Assembly: GCF_018350175.1 (NCBI RefSeq)
Contig: NC_058372.1
Span: 31,992,001-32,056,000 of the forward strand
Source of the DNA: Felis catus
Lineage: Eukaryota
Direction of reading: 5' to 3'
Length of the DNA stretch: 64,000 bases
Shown: positions 1 through 19,929 of the stretch, piece by piece
How positions within the stretch are numbered: position 1 is the stretch's first letter
Layout of the letters: the number at the start of each line of letters is the position of its first letter
Program-made: the position numbers and the translations under genes
Notes under the pieces: generated by a model
What the model saw: the letters and a program-made list of their open reading frames with translations, nothing else
The model's database searches: none
Told to the model about the DNA's origin: nothing

Positions 1-75
1 TTGCCCTGGGGAAGTGTATGGGTATCTTCCCTCCCTGGGGTATGCTGTGGTTTGGGGTTCACCCAGTTCTCTCAC

Positions 76-5499
<5,424 letters not shown>

Positions 5500-6641
5500 G
5501 GCTGGCGACCCGAACGCCCGGTCCCAAGGACCTACGGGCGGCCGGAGGCGCTGAACGCCCCCAAGGCTGACAGGAGAAAGCGAGCAGGCTTTGAGCCTCG
5601 GACGCCCGGGTCCTGCGGAGGTCAGAGGCTGTCGGGTAGCAACAGCTCTCAGCGGCCCAGCTCCATGCAACGAGGCGCCGTCGGGGCTCTGGCGCTGCTC
5701 CTTCCTCAGTGGCCGCCGCTCCTGTGTGTCCCCGGCCACCCCGGCGGCCCACAGCCCCCACCCCGCCCCCGCCCCCGGCCCAGCCCCCGCCTCCAACCGC
5801 CCGCCCACAGCCACCGAGGGGAAACCCCACCTTCGATCTCCACCTGGTTGGGGGGGGGGGGGCGGTGGGAGACAGCAGCCCTCGTTCGCTGACCCTTGCT
5901 CCTTGCAGAGGCTGAATGGCCTATACCCCCGATTCCTTTTCGGGAACCCCAATATCTATTCCTCTGCCCCTTCCTTTTCTAGGACTCAGACGTCCAGTCA
6001 AAGCCCCCACCTCAATTCCCTCCCCGTTAAGGGCCCAGAGCCCCTTTTCAGCAGTCCTGGGCGGGATTTAGGGCACTGTGGGAGGAGAGAGGCGGGCCTG
6101 GGGGTCTCTACCTCCCCCCAACAGGTCTCCATAATTACTTCCCCTCGCCCCGCCCAGTGTAATTACAGAGCCGGCCTGGGGTGGGGGTATTTATAGACAA
6201 GGCTATAGATAGCGACTGGAGACCTGCAACCCGACGGCTGCGGGGGGGGGGGGGGGGGGGGGGGGGGGCAGGTGGTTAGAGGGGAGGCAGAGGGACTTAG
6301 TTTGGGGGCGGAGAGAGCCAGAGACTGTACAGCCCGACACGGGATAATCAGGTCCAAGGAGATGAAAATGGGGGGACGAGGTCAGGGAGTCCGGGAGCCC
6401 AGGTGGCAAGGGATTCAGGGGGCCGTCGACGCTAGTTGGAAGAGTCCGGGGAAACAGGGTCACTCAGGGACGAGAGGCCGCCTCCGGGCGGCCAACGCCT
6501 GAGGAGGCCGCCGCGCTCAACGCCCAGTGCGCCCCCACGGACGGGCACGGCGCCGGGTCTGCCCGGAGCCCGTGGCGCGGCCGGAGAAGACAGGAGCGAG
6601 CCGAGGCGCCGCCGCCCGCTGGCGCTAGGAGGGCGCAAGCG

Positions 6642-6747
6642 AACAAGGCGCCTTTGAGAATCAGCTGCCCCCCTCTTCCTCCTCCGGCCGGCCCCGCCCC
6701 CAGCCTGGCACACCCTCTCCCCCCTCCCCGACAAAGCGCGCCTTGTG
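6642..6747. promoter_or_regulatory. COL11A2 upstream paired SOX motifs within a CpG-rich region
   Basis: AACAAGG-cgc-CTTTGAG at 6642-6658 and GACAAAG-cgcg-CCTTGTG at 6730-6747. Confidence 0.7.
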
Positions 6748-6920
6748 TCCCCCACCCTGTGCCCGCCTCTCAGGCCCCGGGGAACCTCGGCGGCGGCGTC
6801 AAGGGAGCTCGTCCGGAGCTCCCGACCGGATGCCCCCCCCCCCCCCCCACACACACACACGCGGCCAACGCAGTGCTGCCCCCCCCCCAACACAGTCACC
6901 TCAGTCCAGAAAACAGCGAT

Positions 6921-7417
6921 TTTAATTTGAAAGCTATTTTATGTGTGAGTGAAAGAGAAGGGAAAGGAAACCCAGAGAGAAGGGCTGCGAGGCAAAAATC
7001 ATGCAGCCCCAGCACCCTATCTCTGCAGGCTGACCATCCCCCCCTCAATTCTCAGGCCAGGGTCCTGTGTCCCCAGTCTACACTGTGCCCAGGTCTGGGG
7101 GAAGGCTGTGAAAGGAAGGGCCTGAGGACTACTCACCAAACCACCCTGCCATCACATCCCAGGCCCCTTCCCCAAGTTAGACAAGAGATGGGGGAGGGGA
7201 TAGGGAAGGCCAGTGCTTGAAGGGCCCCAGGGACAGACCATCTCAGGGCCCTGCCTNNNNNNNNNNNNNNNNNNNNNNNNNNNNNNNNNNNNNNNNNNNN
7301 NNNNNNNNNNNNNNNNNNNNNNNNNNNNNNNNNNNNNNNNNNNNNNNNNNNNNNNNNNNNNNNNNNNNNNNNNNNNNNNNNNNNNNNNNNNNNNNNAACC
7401 ACCACCACCTTTTTATT
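6921..7417 (-). terminator. Candidate RXRB poly(A) signals
   Basis: Minus-strand AATAAA at 7412-7417 and ATTAAA at 6921-6926; the latter is followed by a GT-rich downstream tract. Confidence 0.55.
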
Positions 7418-8024
7418 CAGTCTGACTGCAGCAGGAGGTGAAGTGTGAGGGGGGCTCTGAACAGGAGACAGTGACAGGGCTCCTCCCTCTTCCAGAGTAG
7501 CCCCCACCTGCTGGGCTACTGTCAAGGCTGTCAAGGCCTGGAGGAAAGCCTGTCAGAGTGCTACTCCCATGTCCATCAGTTTGGGGGGCCTGCCCCCCAG
7601 TATCCATCTCCGGGAGAGTTCCCATTTTCTCTCTTCACATGGGTAGCTGAGTGAGGCAAGATGAGAAGGAAGCAAGGTCCTGTGAGCAAGGCCAGTGCTT
7701 TGTGCTGGGGGAAGGAGAGATCGTTCCAGGCAGGGGGTAAGAAATCACCCCAAATCATGACAGACCCAAGACAAATTCAGAGACTCAAGGTCACTGAAGG
7801 ATGAGGTCTAGCCCTCACAAGGATCTGGGGTCCCCTCTGACTTGGGATATCAAGCAAACCTCTTGGAGGGTTTATGGATCCCCTTGGAGGTCTCAACTCT
7901 GCCCCGTACTCCTCACCCCACCAAGATTCTAGGACACGGCCCCTCCCCACCGTGCCCCCAAGGCTGGAGTCCCTCTCAGATGTGTACTCCTCAAGTGTGA
8001 GGAGCACCACGTGTAGGTCTGGGC

Positions 8025-11000
8025 TCAGGCCAGCTGGTGGGGAGCCTCAAGCATCTCCATGAGGAAGGTGTCAATGGGGGTGTCTCCAATGAGCTTGAAG
8101 AAAAACAGATGTTCTAGACACTTAAGGCCGATGGACCTGAGGGCAGGAAGACGTAGCAGCAGCTTGGCAAACCTGAAGCAGAGGTGGGAGAAGACAGCTG
8201 GAACCACACGGGCCCTGAACACAACTTCATGGCACCCCACAACCCCACACCCCCACAGCTCCTTCTCACCGTCCCTGCTGCTCAGGGTACTTCTGTTTGC
8301 AGTAGGTCTCCAGTGATGCGTACACTTTCTCCCTCAGAACCTCCACCTCACTGGGGTTGGAGAGACCCTTGGCATCTGGGATGGCAGGGAAGAGAGGAGG
8401 AAGAAGACAAATCAAATCAGGACAAATGTGGAGATGTGGCCCACACGATGTCCCTTTTGGGCCCCACCTACTGGCCCTTTAACAGGTGCCTGACTAAGTT
8501 GTGGAATGGGGCCAAAGGGGAACGTATCAGTGCATGTGGGTTTTTCTTGGTCAGCTGGAAGAGTTCCAGATTGAGGGGGATAGCTGGGTAACTTAGGAGT
8601 CTCCGGAGAAGAGGAGGCTCCAAGGTTGCCTTGGTCTTGAGAAACAGGGGTAATCCTCCTCNNNNNNNNNNNNNNNNNNNNNNNNNNNNNNNNNNNNNNN
8701 NNNNNNNNNNNNNNNNNNNNNNNNNNNNNNNNNNNNNNNNNNNNNNNNNNNNNNNNNNNNNNNNNNNNNNNNNNNNNNNNNNNNNNNNNNNNNNNNNNNN
8801 NNNNNNNNNNNNNNNNNNNNNNNNNNNNNNNNNNNNNNNNNNNNNNNNNCAGCCTAGCCGAAGGCCACTGACCGATCAAAGATGGCTCCCACGCCTGCAG
8901 AATGGGCTGAGTTGCGGTGCACATGAAGACCTGTGGCGAGGAGGATGCCATCTCGGACATCAATGGATCGGTGGGAGAAGGAAGCAATGAGGAGCTCGTT
9001 CCAGCCTGCGTGGGGGGCGGCAAGGGTCAGGAGCCAGAGCTCAGACCATGGGATTCAAAGCATATCAGGGGAAGAGAAGAAGTGAGGAAATCAATGAACT
9101 TGGCTCCCTTGGTATGTAAGTATGCACTGGGGTCACTGAAGGTCAGAGGTCAAACAGGGATCAAATATCAAGAGATAAAGGGGATCCAAGGTCACTGACC
9201 TGCCCGTAGCAATATGACCTGGTCATCCAGAGGCAAGGAAGAAAAATGTGGGATCCTCTTCGCCCACTCAACAAGCGTGAATAGCTGTTTGTCAGCTGCC
9301 TGACAGATGTTAGTCACGGGGTCATTTGGCTGCAGGGGATGGGGAGGTAAGAGTTACGGAAGGTCTGGAGGTACACTGGAAGTCCCCCCCTTGTAAGAGG
9401 TTTCTGACACCACCTCCTTATCTAGAGTCTCCCTTCAAACCCATCTGAACCAATCCCCGTTAGTCAGGCTTCTCTTCTGGCATTCGCGAAAACAATTATT
9501 TATTTAGGACTAGCCCGTGGTTCTACCACTGGGTTGTTTTGGGATGGGGACAGAGAAAGCTATCACACCCACCTCAGATGTTTGAGAGACCTTGTTTGGC
9601 AGCACTTCCAGTCCCAGGCAGTGTTAGGGGGGATGGAGGGTAAAGGGAGGGGAGAGGGAAATAGAACCAACCTAGACTCCCGTCCCCCATCCCCCATCAG
9701 GAGAGAGAGTGNNNNNNNNNNNNNNNNNNNNNNNNNNNNNNNNNNNNNNNNNNNNNNNNNNNNNNNNNNNNNNNNNNNNNNNNNNNNNNNNNNNNNNNNN
9801 NNNNNNNNNNNNNNNNNNNNNNNNNNNNNNNNNNNNNNNNNNNNNNNNNNNNNNNNNNNNNNNNNNNNNNNNNNNTTCCCCCGCTGACGTTCCTCCTGTA
9901 CCGCTGGGGTGGGGGGAGGGGAGGAGAAGAAAAAGTGGAAAGTCAACAGTCAGCTGTGAAGGGTTCTGAAATGTCTTTAGGGCCTTATCAGGGTTCTCAA
10001 GGCCCTTAGGAGATATTTATAGAAATTAGAGAAGTCACTAGAAATGGTAGACTAGGGAGTCTGGAAGCAGGGGCTATAAAAGAGCATATAAATAAGCCAA
10101 GAAGGAGAAGAGGAAGGCAGGATAAAGGAATTAGGAAGAAAACTAACATTTAAACCTAGGGTCTAAGAAATGGGCCAAATACATTTTAACATTCACTCAA
10201 TTATTATGAAAATTCCAGGATCTCTTATCTTTGTTATTAAAGATGAAAATTTTAGGGAGCGCCTGGGTGGCTCAGTCGGTTGAGCGTCCGACTTCGGCTC
10301 AAGTCACGATCTCACGGTCCGTGAGTTCGAGCCCCGCGTCGGGCTCTGGGCTGATGGCTCAGAGCCTGGAGCCTGACGGCCCAGAGCCTGGAGCCTGCTT
10401 CACATTCTGTGTCTCCCTCTCTCTCTGACCCTCCCCTGTTCATGCTCTGTCTCTGTCTCAAAAATAAATAAAACGTTAAAAGAAAAAAAAAAATTTTTTT
10501 TAAAGATGAAAATTTTAGGGCTTGGAGAAGTTAGACAGCTTGTCCAAGTTCTCATAACATAGAGCAAGTCGTCCATCTAAATCCAAGTGTGCCTGGCTGC
10601 AAATCTGGTGCTCTTCCAATTCAACAAAGTCACAGTGAAAGGATCCCTGGCCCGGGTCTTCAAACTTGTGGGTTCTGATTGCAACCCTGCCCCCTCTTTC
10701 GTTGCATGACCCCAGGAAAACCAGGCCTCAGGCTCATCTTCTCTAAAATGAGGCATTGGACCAAGATACCTTAAAGTGTCTGAAAATTCCAGAATTAGAC
10801 TTAAGAAGATAAGAGAAAGAGAAGGGGAGGCAGCCCTGAGGTCTTCAGTAAAGTCTGCAGCTTCAAAGAATAGAGTCCCAGACTTTGGAGGAGGAATCAC
10901 AGATAACAGGGAGACAGAGAGAGAGGGAGAGGTAAATCACAGGCACACAAGCACTGGTCAAAAGAGGAGGAACTATTCAGGTTAGTGAAGGGGAGACAGA

Positions 11001-13675
11001 GAAACTCATCATGGGTAAGGAATAGTTATCCTACCCTAGCACCAGATGGGAGGGGTCATGGGTGCCGGACACAGAGAAGCAGCCCCATTAAAAAAAGGAA
11101 ACTCAAGAGAACAGAGCGGAATTCGAGAGACAAGAGCTGATGAGGAAGGAAGAGAGAAATCAAATATCGCCCTCTGGAGGAGGAGGGAGAACAGTCCAGT
11201 CCTGAGAGGTACAGTCTGCAGTTTCCTGCAGTCTTCCCTCCACCTCCTCCCTCCTCTCCCATAGGGTAGCCAAGGAAGCCTGGCTGACGCAGGCCCTTAC
11301 CCTCCCTCTTCATGCCAGTGGCCAGGCACTTCTGATAACGGCAGTACTGACAGCGGTTTCGCTGGCGCTTGTCCACTGTGCAGTCCTTGTTGTCCCGGCA
11401 CGAGTAGGTCAGGTCCTTACGGATGGTCCGCTTGAAGAAGCCTTTGCAGCCCTCACAGCTGTAAACCCCGTAGTGTTTGCCTTGAAGGAGACGGGAACAG
11501 CAACAGCAAGGCCGCATGTAGATCCCTCACAATCAAGTCCCTTGCCAACTTCCCTCCCAGCAAACTTAGTTTAAATCCATCCACACAGATGGGGAACCAG
11601 GACATGAGGGATGACCCGGTCCCACTCTCCTTACTGTTCAAAAACCCTATACCAGCCCCCTCTTCCCCCTGACCATCCCCCATCCCGCATCTGAGCTTCA
11701 GGTCCCTTAGTCATCACCAGGCTTCCTCCCATCCACTTGCTCCAATGCAACCCCATGAGCCCCTGGGAATCCCACAGGTGATGGTACATGTCAGATACTC
11801 TCTTTCTTCCTTTCCAATGATCTCTGAGCCCCATACCTGAGCTTCGGTCCCCGCAGATTGCACNNNNNNNNNNNNNNNNNNNNNNNNNNNNNNNNNNNNN
11901 NNNNNNNNNNNNNNNNNNNNNNNNNNNNNNNNNNNNNNNNNNNNNNNNNNNNNNNNNNNNNNNNNNNNNNNNNNNNNNNNNNNNNNNNNNNNNNNNNNNN
12001 NNNNNNNNNNNNNNNNNNNNNNNNNNNNNNNNNNNGAAGGAGAATCTCTCAGAGGTCATGGAAATCATCCCCTACCACCTAGGCAGGGCCCTGCATTGCA
12101 CATCACAGAGGACATTATTTACATTGCAATCTATGTGAAGGGCCACCCTTGGAGCACAACCCCCCAAAAATTAGACATACAGTTCTCCTTGAAATTGTGC
12201 AACACAGGGGCCCTGAAGGGCATATATCTCAGGACGGCAGATGGGATAAAAAGGGCAGAAAAATAACTGATAGATGAAAGGGACATCAGAATATCGGGTT
12301 GTTTTATAGGGCTGGGAAGGAAGCATGCACTGAAAGATCAGTCACCTCAGGAAGGGCAAGGGGTCTCACAAGGACCACAGGCCTGCCAGGATTAGAGGAC
12401 TGGAAGGTCAGTGGGCCATGGGGAAGTTCACACAAGGATCTGGGGTCACAAGGAAAACAAGGAAATGAAAGTGGAGAGGCAGTCAGTGAGCCACGACCTC
12501 TCACCTGGGGACTGCTGACAGGCCCGGAGAATCCTGGGGGAGCTGGAGGGGGCAGACCAGGGGACCCCATGGAAGAGCTGATGACTGGGAAAGGGGAGCC
12601 CAGTGGAGGGGGTGGCATTGGGGGTGGGGGTGGGGCCCCGGAACCTCCAAGGGTTGGGGCTGCTGAAGGGGGTAGGGGTAGGCCAGGAGGAGAAGGGGGA
12701 GGGGCCCCCTGGGGAAGGGGATTCGGGGAGGAACTGTCTGGGCTTCGGGAGTCTGAGGGAGGGGTACGTACAGGCACAGAGACACACAGACAGAAAGACA
12801 AAAAGAGAAAATGAGTCTTAGATCATCCAACTGGAGGCTTTAATTCTCTCTAATCCCCCGCCGCGCCCCACCCCAACCCAACCCAACCCAACCCAACCCA
12901 ACCCACCCCACCCATCCTCAAGTCCAGAAACACCCTGTTGTCAAACAACGGTTTAACTCCTAATTGTGGTGAGGGGAGGGGGTTAACAAAAGGCAGGATA
13001 GTTCAAGTGAGGGACAATTCCAAGCAATCCGTTTGGTCACCCCAAGCCAGACATGTCTTATGTGGGTGGGGCAGCACGTGGGGTGGAACTGACAGCCCCT
13101 CCATTCCCAGCGTGTAGCCAGAGCGTGCAAGGAAAACAGGTGGAAGGGACCCTTCCTAGGACGCAGCATCTGCCTTCAAACGACCAGAGTCCCCAAACTC
13201 GAGGACTCAAATCCCATGCCCGCGACCTCTGGATTGTAGGGCCTCAAACAGCCAAAGCTAGGAGGGCGGAAGCTCCCCCGCCCCGCCCCGGTGGGGGAGG
13301 GCGCTAAGGCCCTCGGGAGGGAGGGGACGCATGTTTACAAACAAGGGGGCGGGAGCGCCAGGGAAAGAGCTCCAGGGGACGGGGGGGAGGGGTCGCAGAT
13401 AACGCGGTGACTGGTTCGCCGGTCNNNNNNNNNNNNNNNNNNNNNNNNNNNNNNNNNNNNNNNNNNNNNNNNNNNNNNNNNNNNNNNNNNNNNNNNNNNN
13501 NNNNNNNNNNNNNNNNNNNNNNNNNNNNNNNNNNNNNNNNNNNNNNNNNNNNNNNNNNNNNNNNNNNNNNNNNNNNNNNNNNNNNNNNNNNNNNNNNNNN
13601 NNNNNNNNNNNNNNNNNNNNNNNNNNNNNNNNNNNNNNNNNNNNNNNNNAAGGGCGGGCGAGCAGCCCAAGACAT
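8025..13675 (-). CDS. RXRB: Retinoid X receptor beta (10 exons; four exons partly or wholly in N gaps)
   Basis: ATG at 13675 (MSWAARPP, then gap); exon 2 12505-12752; exon 3 visible 11837-11863 (AICGDRSSG); exon 4 11301-11480 ([22 protein letters not shown]4 zinc finger); exon 5 visible 9876-9903; exon 6 9200-9329; exon 7 8873-9005; exon 8 inferred in gap 8662-8850; exon 9 8270-8375; exon 10 8025-8172 ([49 protein letters not shown]). Confidence 0.96.
10255..10500 (+). mobile_element. Carnivore tRNA-derived SINE (felid-type CanSINE) in RXRB intron 4
   Basis: Head gcgcctgggtggctcagtcggttgagcgtccgact, (CT)n, AATAAA and A tail; 20-bp TSD TAAAGATGAAAATTTTAGGG at 10238-10257 and 10501-10520. Confidence 0.95.
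12872..12905. repeat. (CCCAA)n pentanucleotide repeat in RXRB intron 1
   Basis: About 6-7 tandem CCCAA units. Confidence 0.9.
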
Positions 13676-14451
13676 GACTCTTGGGTGAGTGCAAGGATAC
13701 CGTAGAGGTACCAGGGATTCCCACGTATTGACCGGGGGACTAGCTGAGCACGAGGAAGCCCCAGAGAAAAAGACTCTGGCCTGAACCGGGTCGAATTAAG
13801 CGCTTCGCTCTGCTCTGTACCAAAATGACAGCGCCGATATGGCAGCCATCTTGGTATAGACGGGAAGTCTCCGTGCTAGTTCCCGCCCCCTCGTCTAGTT
13901 GGAAACGGAGGAGGCGGTCTCCTCAGCCCAGTTAGCCGGCCTCGCCCAGCCTCCCCTCAAATAACCTCCACACCTGCGCATGCGCGCCAGAGCAGCGTGG
14001 CCTCGCCGCCACCGGTGTGTCGCCATCTTGGTAAAGGTATCGGGACGGAGGTGGAGCGGAACTTCCTGTTCTCGCGGGAGCCAGAGGCGGGACTGCCACG
14101 TCCGAGCAAACCGGGAAAGGAGAAGATCCTGAAGCCGGTGAGAATTCCCTGCTTTACCCTACCGTCCTTTCCAGACCTTTTCCATCTTCTAGTGGATCAT
14201 AGAGACTAGGGCCCAGAGAGTCCGTAAAGTGGAGGATCAAAGCCTAGAGCGGTGTCCCAGGGCCCTACATCCGGGAGGGGGTTCGAGATAAAGAGACCGA
14301 GTCTTGGGAACAATGTGGGTGGGGACAGAACGGAATGGGGGAGCGGCCCATAGAAGTGGACAGAGGGCACGAACGGAGTAAAACTGACCCTGCATAGGTG
14401 TAGAGTTGAGGGTCAAGTGGAGTCACTATCTCTGTCCCTCTGGTCAGCGTG
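13676..14451. promoter_or_regulatory. Divergent RXRB/SLC39A7 CpG promoter
   Basis: Head-to-head ATGs 776 bp apart. NRF1 TGCGCATGCGC at 13975-13985; YY1-type GCCATCTTG at 13845-13853 and 14022-14030; ETS ACTTCCTG near 14061. SLC39A7 non-coding exon donor after 14137, acceptor at 14447/14448. Confidence 0.85.
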
Positions 14452-17049
<2,598 letters not shown>

Positions 17050-17902
17050 GAGGTGGGGTAAACCGTCCCCACTCCAGCCCTAAATCTCTAGTGTGTAAGC
17101 CTTCCAGGTCAGGGGTCTGTGGAAGTTGGGGACCCTGGCCAGGGATGTCTGCTGAAGGAAGTTGTAAGCTAGGGAAGTGGTAATGTTGGCATTAGGGCCA
17201 TCAAGATTTTGCAGTCTTATAAGAGCTGCAGAAGTGAGAATGAGAAGTCAGAGGGACCATAGTGTTAGTCATGTGCTAACCATGTTGTTGGGTTTAGGGG
17301 GTTAAATGGGGCCATGAAGAAGGCTGGAGAAGAGAGGTGATGACAGCCTACCCCGTGTCCCCTACCGAACCTGTTTGCAGAAAACCAAGCTACCAAGAGC
17401 AGGTTTATCCAAGGTCCACCCTCCCTTCCCACCTGTTGGTGGAAGCTTCAGGGAAGACCAGAGTCCTGGACAGAGTGGGTAGCAGGAAGAGTGGGGGATA
17501 TACATCAATTAAACATCAATCGTGTGTCCTGATTTGGGAGTGATTGAGGGGGGGGAGGTGGGCTTGCCAATCTCGTGGCCTGATTTTTTTTTCCTATTCT
17601 TTTGATATCACTGAATTGAGGGGTAGGGGTGGTAACCGGAAATAAAGTCCTCGGATCTTCCGCCCCAAACGCGGTCTTTGTCTTTTTTGAGAGAATGAGG
17701 GCCCCTCATCTTCCCATTCCCCAGGCCCCCAAGCGGTGGCGCGTGACCACGCCCCCGCGGTGGAGGGTCAGCCTGTGCTGGTGGCCTCCGAAGGCTCAAC
17801 GCTGGCCGGGCTTAGGTTGGCGCGGCTTTGCACTTGCCACGCCTCCTCTGCGCTAGGATTGGTTCAGTGCTGGGTTCAGTGCCCGCCCACCCGCCGGCGG
17901 AC

Positions 17903-19509
17903 ATGGCGTCTCAGCTCCGTCTCCGCTCGGCGCTGGCCCTGGTCACAGGTTGAGGGAATGTTCTTCCAGGGCGGGTCGGGGTGCCGGAGTGTTGTCCGGG
18001 GACGCCCTTGGGGTCTGCAGCCGCTGTGACCTCTGGCCCCTGGTCCGAATTTTACTACTTTGCGCCCTGTTGACCCCTGATCCTGCCTACTCCTCCCTTT
18101 CTCCCCTTCCCCCCACTCCGTGTGTTCTCTCCCACCTCAGGCGCGGGTAGCGGCATCGGCCGAGCTGTCAGTGTGCGCCTGGCCAGAGAGGGGGCCGCCG
18201 TGGCCGCTTGCGACCTGGACGAGGCGGCGGCAAGCGAGACGGTGCGGCTGCTGGGCGGGCGGGGTAGCGAGGAGGTGGCGCCCTGCGGGGGCCACGCAGC
18301 CTTCCAGGCTGACGTGTCTGAGGCCGGGGCGGTCAGGCGCCTGCTGGAACAAGTACAGGTGAACGCGAGACGACCTCGCCCCCTTTAAAGAGCCAACACT
18401 GATTGTCTTCACTAACCCGGCTCTACTTGGGTTTTGGTGTGTAACCGCCCCCTTCCATAGGCCTGCTTTTCTCGCCCACCGTCCGTCGTTGTGTCCTGTG
18501 CTGGGATCACCAGGGATGAGTTTCTGCTCCACATGTCTGAGGATGACTGGGACAAAGTCATAGCTGTCAACCTCAAGGTGGCGACTTCTGAACCTGTGAC
18601 TTCTGGTTTCTCTAGCCTGGGGGAGGGAGCTGGAGGAGGACTGTCACCCAACTGTTCCTTTCTGCCTTGTTACTCTTTCCCCACCAGGGTATTTTTCTAG
18701 TCACTCAAGCTGCAGCCCAACTCCTGGTGTCCAGTGGTTGTCATGGTTCCATCATCAACATCAGTAGCATCACAGGGAAGGTCAGGTTGAGTTAGGAGAA
18801 GGTCAGCCAGCCAATTGGGCACAGAGAGGATAGCCCCTCCTTGGGACTCCTGACTCATTCCAAATCTCTGACTCACCTATAGGTGGGGAACATGGGACAG
18901 ACAAACTACGCAGCATCCAAGGCTGGAGTGATTGGGCTGACCCAGACTGCAGCTCGAGAACTTGGCCGGTTAGTCAGACACAGCTGGGGGTACAGAGGGA
19001 TTTGCTGAGCCATGTGGGAGGTCTGGGGAGGGTCAGTGTTCAGCCCTTTCCAGAGTCAGCAGCCACTCTCCCTTCCACAGACATGGGATCCGCTGTAACT
19101 CTGTCCTCCCAGGGTTCATTACAACACCCATGACACAGAAAGTGCCACAGAAAGTGCTGGACAAGGTAGGAGGCTGTGGGTAGAGGGCAGAGTTATTCAG
19201 ACACCCAATCTCTCTGGGCTTCAGACAGAATGCTGAGCACAGGGCCTGACAAATAGTAGATATTCAATAAGTGTACAAGGAATGAAAAAAGAAAAAGGTG
19301 CCACAGACAGCCTACCAAAAAAAAAAAAAAAGTAAAAGAAACATTTACACATGTATGAGTGTTTTCTTACAGGTGACTGGAATGATCCCGATGGGGCATT
19401 TGGGGGATCCTGAGGGTGAGCACTGAATAAGGAAAAGGAGTTAGGGAGGGGGCCTGAATGAAGAAATCCCAAACTTTGTGGGATCTGAAAGGATCTCACC
19501 AGGATTGGT

Positions 19510-19559
<50 letters not shown>

Positions 19560-19929
19560 GGTGGGGAGGGGTTCTGGTGGGAGGTGATGACTTTGAATCT
19601 ATGAAAGTGAATAGGATTCTGCCTTTTCCCCACCATTCCCATAGATGTGGCAGATGTGGTGGCATTCTTGGCATCTGAAGACAGTGGATACATCACAGGG
19701 GCCTCAGTGGAAGTCACTGGTATGAGGCCATCATGGGGAGGGAGAAGGCAGAGAAGTGGAACCCAGATGATAAGAGAAAGCAAGAGAAGGGAGTCTGGAG
19801 CCACTAAGGGAAGAGCAGAAGTTCCCATAGGCGAGGGACTGAACTGGGCACCCCCCCCCCAGCCCATTTGTCTCCACCTATGCATCTGTCCAAATGTTTC
19901 TGCCCCTCCCAGGAGGTCTTTTCATGTAA
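17903..19929 (+). CDS. HSD17B8: 17-beta-hydroxysteroid dehydrogenase 8 (SDR family), complete, 259 aa
   Basis: Exons 17903-17948, 18141-18358, 18461-18577, 18688-18780, 18883-18968, 19081-19165, 19373-19415, 19645-19719, 19913-19929, totalling 780 nt. TGAGSGIG Rossmann motif, NISS, catalytic YAASK, C-terminal EVTGGLFM*; AATAAA at 20079-20084. Confidence 0.97.
19511..19558. repeat. (GT)n microsatellite in HSD17B8 intron 7
   Basis: Pure GT run of about 24 units. Confidence 0.95.

Noticed and set aside
6188-6196. Minus-strand TATAAATA as the COL11A2 TATA box
   Set aside because: It is about 690 bp from the ATG and there is no TSS evidence, so I cannot support it.
6242-6268. 27-nt poly-G run as a special G-quadruplex element
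   Set aside because: Homopolymer length is unreliable in short-read assemblies, and similar runs occur at about 3466, 35314 and 60805.
8662-8872. RXRB alternative acceptor giving the 4-aa SLSR insertion
   Set aside because: The relevant acceptor lies in an N gap and cannot be evaluated.
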